Source: Acidimicrobiales bacterium (lineage in GTDB: Bacteria > Actinomycetota > Acidimicrobiia > Acidimicrobiales > CAIXPF01). From it: a stretch of DNA of 64,000 nucleotides. The stretch covers positions 4,959 through 68,958 of the forward strand of contig JADLEF010000371.1 of NCBI GenBank assembly GCA_020846295.1, read 5' to 3'. Position numbers and translations under genes: made by a program. Shown here one piece after another: positions 33,174-41,242 of the stretch. The stretch's first letter is position 1, and every line of letters starts with the position of its first letter. The notes beneath the pieces are model-generated. The model did no database searches and had not been told where the DNA came from. It saw only the letters and a list, made by a program, of their open reading frames with translations.

Positions 33174-33851
33174 ATGCCCACCGCCGTCCTGCTCGAGGAG
33201 CTGGCCGATGCCGCCGCCCGCCTCGAGCACGCATCGCCGAAGCAGGTCGTCGCCTGGGCGGCCGATCGCTTCGGTGACGGGCTCGTCGCCACCGTCTCCT
33301 TCGAGGACGCCGCGCTGGCCCATCTGGTGGCGGCGAACGCCCCCGCCGCCGAGATCGCCTTCCTCGACACGCAGTACCACTTCGCCGAAACGTGGTGGTT
33401 GGTGGACAAGCTGCGCGAGCGCTTCGGCGACGCCTTCCGGCTGGCGGTGCTCCGCCCCGATGCGTCGGTGCGGCCCGATGACCGCTGGCTGACCGACACC
33501 GAGGGTTGCTGCGCGGTGCGCAAGGTGGAGCCGCTGCGTCGGGCCATCGCCGGGCGCAGCGCCTGGATCACGGGCATCCGCCGGGTGGACGGTCCGACCC
33601 GGGCCGATGCGCCGGTGCTGCAGTGGGACGAGCGGTGGGGCGTGGTCAAGATCAACCCCATCGTGGCGTGGGACGACGACGACCTCGCCGGCTACCTGCT
33701 GGCGCACGACCTGCCCCGTCATCCGCTGGCGGACCGCGGCTACCCGTCGATCGGCTGCTGGCCGTGCACCCGACCGGTGGCCGAGGGCGAGGACAAGCGC
33801 GCCGGCCGCTGGGCCGGCAGCGCCAAGACGGAGTGCGGTCTCCATGGCTGA
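33174..33851 (+). CDS. cysH: Adenosine 5'-phosphosulfate (APS) reductase, Fe-S type
   Basis: The PAPS_reduct fold is present with cysteine pairs CC (EGCCAVRKVEPL) and CxxC (SIGCWPCT), plus KTECGLH. A GAGGAG RBS lies 7 nt before ATG 33174. Confidence 0.88.
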   Translation: MPTAVLLEELADAAARLEHASPKQVVAWAADRFGDGLVATVSFEDAALAHLVAANAPAAEIAFLDTQYHFAETWWLVDKLRERFGDAFRLAVLRPDASVRPDDRWLTDTEGCCAVRKVEPLRRAIAGRSAWITGIRRVDGPTRADAPVLQWDERWGVVKINPIVAWDDDDLAGYLLAHDLPRHPLADRGYPSIGCWPCTRPVAEGEDKRAGRWAGSAKTECGLHG

Positions 33852-34812
33852 CCTGCATACCATGCCGTCCGGTCTGTCCGTACCGGTGGGTACGGTCACG
33901 CTCGGGGGCGCCATCGTGCTCGATGAGCTGGACCGGCTCGAGGCCGACGCCGTCACCATCATCCGGGAGGTCGCCGCCGAGTGCGAGCGGCCCCGGCTGC
34001 TGTTCTCCGGCGGCAAGGACTCCGCCGTGCTGTTGCACCTGGCGGCCAAAGCGTTCGCCCCCGGGCGGGTTCCGTTCCCGGTGCTGCACGTCGACACCGG
34101 CCACAACTTCCCGGCCGTGATCGAGTTCCGCGACCGAGCCGTGCGGCACCACGGCGTGCAGCTCGAGGTCGCCTCGGTCCAGGCCAGCATCGACGCCGGC
34201 CGGGTCGCCGAGGAGGTGGGCCCGCGGGCCAGCCGCAACCGCCTCCAGACGGTTGCGCTGCTCGACCACATCGTCGCCTACCGAATCGACGTGGCCTTCG
34301 GCGGTGGCCGCCGGGACGAGGAGAAGGCCCGGGCCAAGGAGCGCATCCTGAGCTTCCGCGACGCCTTCGGCCAGTGGGACCCGAAGGCGCAGCGGCCTGA
34401 GCCGTGGGACGCGCTCAACGCCCGCATCCGTCCGGGGGAGCACCTGCGGGCCTTCCCGCTGTCGAACTGGACGGAGCTCGACGTGTGGCGCTACATCCAG
34501 CGCGAGGCCATCGAGCTGCCCGAGCTGTACTTCTCGCACCGGCGCGAGGTCTTCGTGCGCGACGGCATGCTGCTCGCCGCCGAGGCGCCCCTGGCGCGAC
34601 TGCCCGGCGAGACGGTGAGCGTCGAGACCGTGCGGTACCGCACGGTGGGCGACATGACCTGCACCGGTGCCATCCGATCCACGGCCGCCACCCTCGACGA
34701 GGTCATCGCCGAGGGCATCGCGGCCGAGGTGAGCGAGCGCGGCGCCAGCCGGGCCGACGACACGACCAGCGAGGCGGCCATGGAAGACCGCAAGCGGGAG
34801 GGATACTTCTGA
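33844..34812 (+). CDS. cysD: Sulfate adenylyltransferase subunit 2
   Basis: LLFSGGKDSAVLLHLA, HVDTGHNFPA, FGGGRRDEEKARAKERI and the C-terminal EDRKREGYF are present. The ATG overlaps the cysH stop. Confidence 0.92.
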   Translation: MADLHTMPSGLSVPVGTVTLGGAIVLDELDRLEADAVTIIREVAAECERPRLLFSGGKDSAVLLHLAAKAFAPGRVPFPVLHVDTGHNFPAVIEFRDRAVRHHGVQLEVASVQASIDAGRVAEEVGPRASRNRLQTVALLDHIVAYRIDVAFGGGRRDEEKARAKERILSFRDAFGQWDPKAQRPEPWDALNARIRPGEHLRAFPLSNWTELDVWRYIQREAIELPELYFSHRREVFVRDGMLLAAEAPLARLPGETVSVETVRYRTVGDMTCTGAIRSTAATLDEVIAEGIAAEVSERGASRADDTTSEAAMEDRKREGYF

Positions 34813-36068
34813 TGGCGCGAACCCTGCTCCGCCTCGCCACCGCCGGCAGCGTGGACGACGGCAAGTCCACCCTGCTCGGTCGCCTGTTGCACGACCTCGG
34901 CGCCCTGTCCGCCGACACGATCGAGGCGGTGCAGCGTGCCTCCAACCGCCGCGGCGACGCCGGCGTCAACCTGGCGCTGGTCACCGACGGCCTGCGGGCC
35001 GAACGCGAGCAGGGCATCACGATCGACGTGGCCTACCGCTTCTTCGCCACCGAGCGCCGCTCGTTCATCCTGGCCGACACGCCGGGTCACGAGCAGTACA
35101 CCCGCAACATGGTCACCGGCGCCTCCACCGCCGATGTCGCGGTGGTGCTCGTCGACGCTCGTGCGGGCCTCGTCGTCCAGTCGCAACGCCACCTGGCCAT
35201 CGCCGCGCTGCTCGGTGTGGGCAAGGTCGTCCTCGCGGTCAACAAGCTCGACCTCGTCGGCTGGGACGAGGAGGTGTTCCGCGCCGTCGCCAAGAACGCC
35301 GAGCACTTCGCCGCCGGCCTGCCGTGGCCGACGGAGATCATCGCCGTGCCCATCTCGGCGCTGTTGGGCGACAACGTGGTCGAACCGTCGCCCAACCTCG
35401 CCTGGTTCGAAGGGCCGGCTCTGCTGGCGCTGCTCGAGACGATCGAGCCGTCGGACCACGCGCACGGCAGCGCTCGGCTCGCAGTGCAGTGGGTGATCCC
35501 GCCCGATGCCGCCGCCGGCCGCGAGGCACGGCTGGTGGCCGGCCAGCTCGAGGGTGGCCCGCTGGCGGTGGGGCAGCCGGTCATCGTGCTGCCCAGCGGC
35601 CGACGCACCACCGTCGCCGCCATCGACCTGTTCGGGCGGCCGCTCGGCGCCGCGGTGGCGGGTCAGGCCATCTCGGTCGAGCTGGCCGACGACGTCGATG
35701 CCAGCCGCGGCGAGCTCATCGTGGCCGACGATGCCGCGCCGCCCGCTGTCACCGACACCGTCGACGTGGACGTGTGCTGGATGGGCGACCGCGCCGCCCG
35801 GGCCGGGGACCGCTTCGTGCTGAAGCACACGACCCGGACGACGAGAGCCGTGGTCGAGGCGGTGGTCGGCCGGCTCGACATCGTCGAGGGCCTGCTCGAC
35901 GGACGGTCCGAGGAGCTGGCCACCAACGACCTGGGTCGGGTCCGCCTTCGGCTGGCGGCGCCGATCGCCGCCGACGCCTACGGCCCGACGTCGGCCGGTC
36001 GGGCCATCCTGATCGACGAGACGACGAACGCTACGGTGGCGGCCGCCATGATCCGGAGGCCCCGATGA
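34812..36068 (+). CDS. cysN: Sulfate adenylyltransferase subunit 1 (GTPase), no APS-kinase domain
   Basis: GSVDDGKSTL, DTPGHEQY and NKLD are present. The product is 418 aa and ends without a CysC-like extension. The start overlaps the cysD stop (TGATG). Confidence 0.92.
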   Translation: MARTLLRLATAGSVDDGKSTLLGRLLHDLGALSADTIEAVQRASNRRGDAGVNLALVTDGLRAEREQGITIDVAYRFFATERRSFILADTPGHEQYTRNMVTGASTADVAVVLVDARAGLVVQSQRHLAIAALLGVGKVVLAVNKLDLVGWDEEVFRAVAKNAEHFAAGLPWPTEIIAVPISALLGDNVVEPSPNLAWFEGPALLALLETIEPSDHAHGSARLAVQWVIPPDAAAGREARLVAGQLEGGPLAVGQPVIVLPSGRRTTVAAIDLFGRPLGAAVAGQAISVELADDVDASRGELIVADDAAPPAVTDTVDVDVCWMGDRAARAGDRFVLKHTTRTTRAVVEAVVGRLDIVEGLLDGRSEELATNDLGRVRLRLAAPIAADAYGPTSAGRAILIDETTNATVAAAMIRRPR

Positions 36069-37888
36069 GCACGGACGCACCGTCGACCGCCAAGCCGCTG
36101 ACCGCCGTCGAGGGGGTCAAGGAGCTGAGCCGGCACCTGCGGGGGTCGCTCGCCGCCGAGCTGCACGACGGGACCGACCACTTCAGCACCGACAGCACCC
36201 ACCTGGTGAAGTTCCACGGCTTCTACCAGCAGGACGATCGCGACGTCCGGCGCGAGCGCACGGCCAAGAAGCTGCCGCTGCTCTACTCGTGCATGGTGCG
36301 CGCCGCCGTACCGGGCGGTGTGTTGACGGCCGACCAATGGGTGACCATGGACCGCCTCGCCGGTGAGGTGGCCGCCAACGCGCCGCGCGGTGCCGGCGGC
36401 CCTGCGCCGAACCTGCGCATCACCACCCGGCAGGGCATCCAATACCACTTCGTGGCCAAGCCCGATCTGCACCCGCTGATCTCCGGGCTGAACGAGCGGT
36501 TGGTGACCACGCTGGCCGCCTGCGGCGACGTGGCCCGCAACGTGATGGGTTGTCCCGCCCCGCTGGCCGCCCGCCACGGGATCGATCTGGCGGACTGCGC
36601 CCGGCCGCTCGCCGCCCACGTCCGCCCCCGGACGAAGGCGTACTGGGAGCTGTGGGTCGACGGGGACAAGGCGGCCGGGGCCGAGGCGCCGCTGTCCGCC
36701 CCCGAGGCGGAGATCGAACCGCTCTACGGCGACACCTACCTGCCCCGCAAGTTCAAGATGGTCTTCGCCTGGCCGGGCGACAACTGCGTCGACCTGTTCT
36801 CCCACGACCTGGGCTTCGTGCCCACCGCCGCAGGTGGGTCCGGCATCGAGGGGTTTGCGGTGTTCGCCGGTGGCGGCATGGGCCAGAGCCACTCGCGCGA
36901 GCAGGACACCTACCCGCGGCTGGCCAGCCCGATCGGCTGGGTGCCCTACGCCGCGGTCGGGCTCGTCGCCGAGGCGGTCATCGGCACCTTCCGCGACCAC
37001 GGCGATCGCACCGATCGGGCCCGCGCCCGCCTGAAGTACCTGATCGACGACCGGGGGCTGGACTGGTTCCGCGCCGACGTGCAGGCCCGGCTGTCCGAGC
37101 GGGGCGTGTCGTTGGAGGAGGCTCCTGCGCTGCAGGCGTGGACCGACGACGACGAGCACCTCGGCTGGCACGAACAGGCCGACGGCTCGTTCTTCCGGGG
37201 CATCCACGTCGACGCCGGGCGCATCGTCGACGCCGACCGCGGGACCGGGCCGCAGGACGGGCCCCGGCTGCGCAGCGCGCTGGCGACCCTGGCGGCCAGC
37301 GGGCTGGTGCGCGAGGTGCGGCTGACGCCGCGCCAGGACGTGCTGCTCACCGGTATCGCCGCCGATCGCCGGGCCGAGATCGACGAGGTCCTCGCCGCCC
37401 ACCGCGTCGCCGGCCACGACGGGCTGACCGCGGTGCGCCGTTTGGCGGTGGCCTGCCCGGCGCTGCCGACCTGCGGGCAGGCCCTGGCCGAGGCGGAGCG
37501 GATCCTTCCTCGGCTGGTGGCCGACGTCGAGGCCGCTGCGCAGGCCGCGGGACTGGACGACCAGGCGGTGCGCATGCACGTCACCGGCTGCCCCAACGGC
37601 TGTGCCCGCCCCTACACCGCCGAGCTCGGCATCGTCGGGCGGACCAAGCGAACCTACGACGTGTACGTCGGCGGATCGGTGGCGGGGGACCGCCTCAACC
37701 TGCGCCTCGGCACCGACGTGCGGGTCGAGCAGCTGCGCCCGTTGTTCATCGGGCTGTTCGAGCGGTTCGCCGCGGAGCGCGAGGAGGGCGAGACCATCGG
37801 GGACTTCTGTGCCCGCGCCGGCGTGGGCGAACTGGCCGACACGGTGCCCGTCGCGGCGCCGCGGCGCCGCACCGCGGAACCGGCGTGA
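36065..37888 (+). CDS. cysI: Sulfite reductase hemoprotein (siroheme/4Fe-4S; NirA/CysI family)
   Basis: FHGFYQQDDRD is present with cysteine clusters ACPALPTCGQA and TGCPNGCARP. The ATG overlaps the cysN stop (ATGA). Confidence 0.88.
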   Translation: MSTDAPSTAKPLTAVEGVKELSRHLRGSLAAELHDGTDHFSTDSTHLVKFHGFYQQDDRDVRRERTAKKLPLLYSCMVRAAVPGGVLTADQWVTMDRLAGEVAANAPRGAGGPAPNLRITTRQGIQYHFVAKPDLHPLISGLNERLVTTLAACGDVARNVMGCPAPLAARHGIDLADCARPLAAHVRPRTKAYWELWVDGDKAAGAEAPLSAPEAEIEPLYGDTYLPRKFKMVFAWPGDNCVDLFSHDLGFVPTAAGGSGIEGFAVFAGGGMGQSHSREQDTYPRLASPIGWVPYAAVGLVAEAVIGTFRDHGDRTDRARARLKYLIDDRGLDWFRADVQARLSERGVSLEEAPALQAWTDDDEHLGWHEQADGSFFRGIHVDAGRIVDADRGTGPQDGPRLRSALATLAASGLVREVRLTPRQDVLLTGIAADRRAEIDEVLAAHRVAGHDGLTAVRRLAVACPALPTCGQALAEAERILPRLVADVEAAAQAAGLDDQAVRMHVTGCPNGCARPYTAELGIVGRTKRTYDVYVGGSVAGDRLNLRLGTDVRVEQLRPLFIGLFERFAAEREEGETIGDFCARAGVGELADTVPVAAPRRRTAEPA

Positions 37889-39306
37889 CGGTGGCGGCGG
37901 GGTTCCCGATCTCGCTGGTGCTGGCCGGCCGGCCGGTCCTGGTCGTCGGCGGCGGGCGGGTGGCGGCGGCCAAGGCCCGCCAGCTGGTCGAGGCAGGGGC
38001 GCAGGTCACCATGGTGGCGCCGCGGTTCTGTGCCGAGGCCGAGGAGCTGACGGTGCGACGCGTCCCGCGTACCTACCGGCACGGTGACCTCGACGGGTGC
38101 TGGTTGGTGGTCACCGCGGTGGACGACGCCGAGGTCACCGCCGCCGTCGCCGCCGACGCCGAGGCGGCGCGGGTGTTCTGCAACGCGGCCGACCGCCCCG
38201 AGCACTGCTCGGCGACGCTGATGGCGTTGCACCGCCGCGGCGAGGTCACCGTGGCGGTGTCGACGAACGGGCGGAGCCCCGCCGCCGCCGGCTGGCTGCG
38301 GGACCGGCTCGCCGGTGCGCTGGACGCGCGCACCGACCGGGTCGTGCGCGCCGCGGCGGCGGCGCGGGATCGGCTGCGCGTCCGCCGTAGCAGCGAGGGC
38401 CTGCCGTGGCGTGCGCTGCTCGACGAGGTCGCCGCCATCGACGACGACGCCGAGGCCTCGTCGCTGGTGGACCGCTTCGTCAGCGCAGCCACTGCGCCCA
38501 CCGCGCCCATCGCGCCGACGGCACCCGTCGGTCGGGTCAAGCTGGTCGGCGCCGGACCGGGCGATCCGGACCTGCTCACCGTCGCCGCGGTGGCGGCACT
38601 GCGCTGGGCCGATGTCGTCGTGCACGACGCGCTGGTCGGCGACGAGATCTTCCGGTCCATACCTGCAGGTACGGAACTGATCGACGTGGGCAAGCGGCCC
38701 GGCCGTCCGGTGCCGCAGGAGACGATCGGGGCCCTGCTGGTGCAGCTGGCCCGGAGCGGCCGCCGGGTGGTGCGGCTGAAGGGCGGAGATCCCTATGTGT
38801 TCGGCCGCGGCGGTGAGGAGGCCCTGGCGCTCGGCGCGGCCGGCGTCGACTACGACGTCGTGCCGGGAGTGTCGGCCGCGCTGGCTGCGCCCGCCGCGGC
38901 CGGCGTGCCGGTGACCCACCGCGGGGTGGCGGCCGCCGTCACCGTCATCACCGGCCACCGGGCCCGCGAGCTGGCGGCGGTGGACTGGGCCGCGGCCGCC
39001 CGCCTCGGCGGCACCCTGGTCGTGTTGATGGGCGTCACCGAGCGTGCCGCCATCGCCGAGGCGCTGCAGGCCGGTGGCCTTAACGCGGCCACGCCGGTGG
39101 CGGTGGTCGAACGGGCCGGCCGCCCCGATCAGCGCGTCGCCCGGGCCCGCCTCGACGAGCTCGGGGTGATCGATGTCGTGGCTCCCGCCACCATCGTCAT
39201 CGGCGCGGTGGCGTCGCTCGATCTACGTTCGCCCGGCGGGCCGCGTCCGCGGCTCGACGGGCGGACACCGCTCGAGCCGGACGCGGGCACCGCAGCTCTG
39301 CGCTGA
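37885..39306 (+). CDS. cysG: Siroheme synthase (precorrin-2 dehydrogenase/ferrochelatase + uroporphyrinogen-III C-methyltransferase)
   Basis: The N-terminal part (VLVVGGGRVAAAKARQL) is followed by the C-terminal SUMT part (LVGAGPGDPDLLT, GGDPYVFGRGGEE, VPGVSAA). The GTG overlaps the upstream stop (GTGA). Confidence 0.85.
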   Translation: MTVAAGFPISLVLAGRPVLVVGGGRVAAAKARQLVEAGAQVTMVAPRFCAEAEELTVRRVPRTYRHGDLDGCWLVVTAVDDAEVTAAVAADAEAARVFCNAADRPEHCSATLMALHRRGEVTVAVSTNGRSPAAAGWLRDRLAGALDARTDRVVRAAAAARDRLRVRRSSEGLPWRALLDEVAAIDDDAEASSLVDRFVSAATAPTAPIAPTAPVGRVKLVGAGPGDPDLLTVAAVAALRWADVVVHDALVGDEIFRSIPAGTELIDVGKRPGRPVPQETIGALLVQLARSGRRVVRLKGGDPYVFGRGGEEALALGAAGVDYDVVPGVSAALAAPAAAGVPVTHRGVAAAVTVITGHRARELAAVDWAAAARLGGTLVVLMGVTERAAIAEALQAGGLNAATPVAVVERAGRPDQRVARARLDELGVIDVVAPATIVIGAVASLDLRSPGGPRPRLDGRTPLEPDAGTAALR

Positions 39307-39366
39307 TCGGCCCATCGCTCGGTCGGCGGTTCGACGCGACCGCGCTCATCAAGCGGCGCGATCGAT

Positions 39367-40398
39367 GTGTCGATGCACGTGGTCATGTGGAGACGCTCGA
39401 ATCGGCCGGCGCGGTCGGGACCGGACGCGACACCCGCCATGCCGCTGTGGTGGGACGCGGCGCGGGGCACGATCAGCGGCAGCTTCGCCCAGCTCTGCGC
39501 GTCCTACAAGGTGGATGAGGTCGCCATCGGTCGTCTGCGCCGCTTCCTCGACGAGCAGGCACTCGACCGGGTCCTCGCCGAGCGCATCATGCAGCACATC
39601 GCCGACCTGCCGGCCGACAACCCGGCCCGGCAGGTGTTCGGCGATCTCGGAGTCGAACGGACCACGACGTTCGTGAACCGGTTGCTGTCGGACCACCTCG
39701 ACGACGAGCTGGTGTCCTACCTCCAGCCCCGGGTCCGTCACTACGAGGAGCGCGGCCTCGACATGAGCTGCGCCTTCCCCTACGTCTCGGTGGTGCCGCC
39801 CACCGTTCGGGAGAGCGCCCGCGCCGCCGGCCTGCCGGAGCTGTGCTGCGAGGCCTTGGCCGGCACCGCGCGCGGGCTGACGATGGTGTGCGCCATGCTG
39901 TCGATGCGCACCTTCCTGGTCGACCGTGACGTGCAGCTGCGCAGCACCGCCGCGCTGGAGCGCGACAGCGGCGAGCTGGCCGAGGTCGGCGGCACGCTGT
40001 CCACCCTCGCCGAGGGCGGACCGGGCAGCCTGGTCACCACGGTCAACGCCGCGGGAGCGGCGCTCGACGACCTCACCGAGCACGCCACCCGGGTGGGCGA
40101 GGTGGTGGAGCTGATCCGCCGGCTGGCGGCGCAGACGAACCTGTTGGCGTTGAACGCGACGATCGAAGCGGCCCGGGCCGGCGACGAGGGCCGGGGGTTC
40201 GCGGTGGTGGCGGCCGAGGTGAAGACGCTGGCCAACTCCACCGACTCCTCGCTGGCCCAGGTGGAGGCGCTCACCGCGCAGATCAGGGCGAGCGTGAGCG
40301 AGGCGAGCAGCGCCATCGGCGGGGTGGCCGAGGCGGCCGAGCAGGTCGGTCAGACCGCCCGGTCGGTGTCCGCCATCAGCCAGCGCCTGCGCCACTGA
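39367..40398 (+). CDS. Soluble methyl-accepting chemotaxis-type signalling protein with a globin-coupled-sensor-like N-terminal domain
   Basis: The conserved MCP hairpin tip is [39 protein letters not shown]. No TM segments are present. The N-terminal roughly 180 aa resemble a protoglobin (HemAT-like). The start is uncertain: GTG 39367, ATG 39373 or ATG 39439. Confidence 0.75.
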   Translation: MSMHVVMWRRSNRPARSGPDATPAMPLWWDAARGTISGSFAQLCASYKVDEVAIGRLRRFLDEQALDRVLAERIMQHIADLPADNPARQVFGDLGVERTTTFVNRLLSDHLDDELVSYLQPRVRHYEERGLDMSCAFPYVSVVPPTVRESARAAGLPELCCEALAGTARGLTMVCAMLSMRTFLVDRDVQLRSTAALERDSGELAEVGGTLSTLAEGGPGSLVTTVNAAGAALDDLTEHATRVGEVVELIRRLAAQTNLLALNATIEAARAGDEGRGFAVVAAEVKTLANSTDSSLAQVEALTAQIRASVSEASSAIGGVAEAAEQVGQTARSVSAISQRLRH

Positions 40399-40464
40399 CC
40401 CGGACGCACCGACCTGGCGTCGCAGTCCGGCGCGGCTCGCCGCCGGCGTGCCTAGCAGCGCGCC

Positions 40465-41232
40465 ATGGCCGCCGACGATCGACGCGCTGGACCCCGGGAC
40501 GGGTGCGATCGGCCCGATGAGCCAGCACGGCTGGTGACGGCCATCGTCGAGGAGCTCGTCGGCCACCTCGATGCGGCCCGGGCCGAGGCCGAGGCGCGGT
40601 ACCTCAAGAGCGGGCTGCGCCATCTCGGCGTGCCCGTTCCGATGGTGCGTCGGATCGTGCGCGGCGCGCTGCGCTCGGCCCGACGCGACGGCGACGCGCT
40701 CGATCGGCCGGCGGTGCTCGCCGCGGTGCAGCGGCTCTGGGCGGAACCGGTGCACGAGCGGCGGCTGGCCGCGGTGGAGCTGCTCGTGGCCGAGCGAACC
40801 CGGCTCGATCCCGCCGCCGATCTCGACCTGATCGAGGAGCTGCTCCGGGCGTGTCGCACGTGGGCGCTGCTCGATCCGCTGGCCGTCTTCGTGGCCGGCC
40901 ACCTCGTCGATCGGCTCGACGGGGTGGCGGCGTCGAGCGTGCTCGATCGGTGGATCGCCGATGACGACGTCTGGGTGCGGCGCGCCGCGCTGCTCGCCCA
41001 CCTCGAGGCGTTGCGCGGCGGCGGCGGGGATTTCGAGCGTTTCGGCCGGCTCGCCGATCGTCTGCTCGACGAGCGCGGGTTCCTCATCCGCAAGGCCATC
41101 GGATGGGTGCTGCGCGACACCGGTCGCCGCCGGCCCGAGCTGGTCGCCGCCTGGGCGGGGCCCCGGTGGGAGCGGATGTCGGGGGTGACCCGAAGGGAGG
41201 TGGCGAAGGTGGTGGACGTCGCCACGTTCTAA
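40465..41232 (+). CDS. DNA alkylation repair protein (AlkD-like HEAT-repeat family)
   Basis: YLKSGLRHLGVPVPMVRRI, WVRRAALLA and FLIRKAIGWVLRD are typical of the DNA_alkylation family. Confidence 0.75.
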   Translation: MAADDRRAGPRDGCDRPDEPARLVTAIVEELVGHLDAARAEAEARYLKSGLRHLGVPVPMVRRIVRGALRSARRDGDALDRPAVLAAVQRLWAEPVHERRLAAVELLVAERTRLDPAADLDLIEELLRACRTWALLDPLAVFVAGHLVDRLDGVAASSVLDRWIADDDVWVRRAALLAHLEALRGGGGDFERFGRLADRLLDERGFLIRKAIGWVLRDTGRRRPELVAAWAGPRWERMSGVTRREVAKVVDVATF

Positions 41233-41242
41233 CGTCGGGACC

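Noticed and set aside
35324-39306. Long N-terminal extensions of the sulfite reductase (from 35324) and cysG (from 36550) ORFs in the track.
   Set aside because: The extensions are Arg-rich shadow sequence overlapping the preceding genes in other frames. The real starts are the ATG at 36065 and the GTG at 37885, each overlapping the upstream stop.
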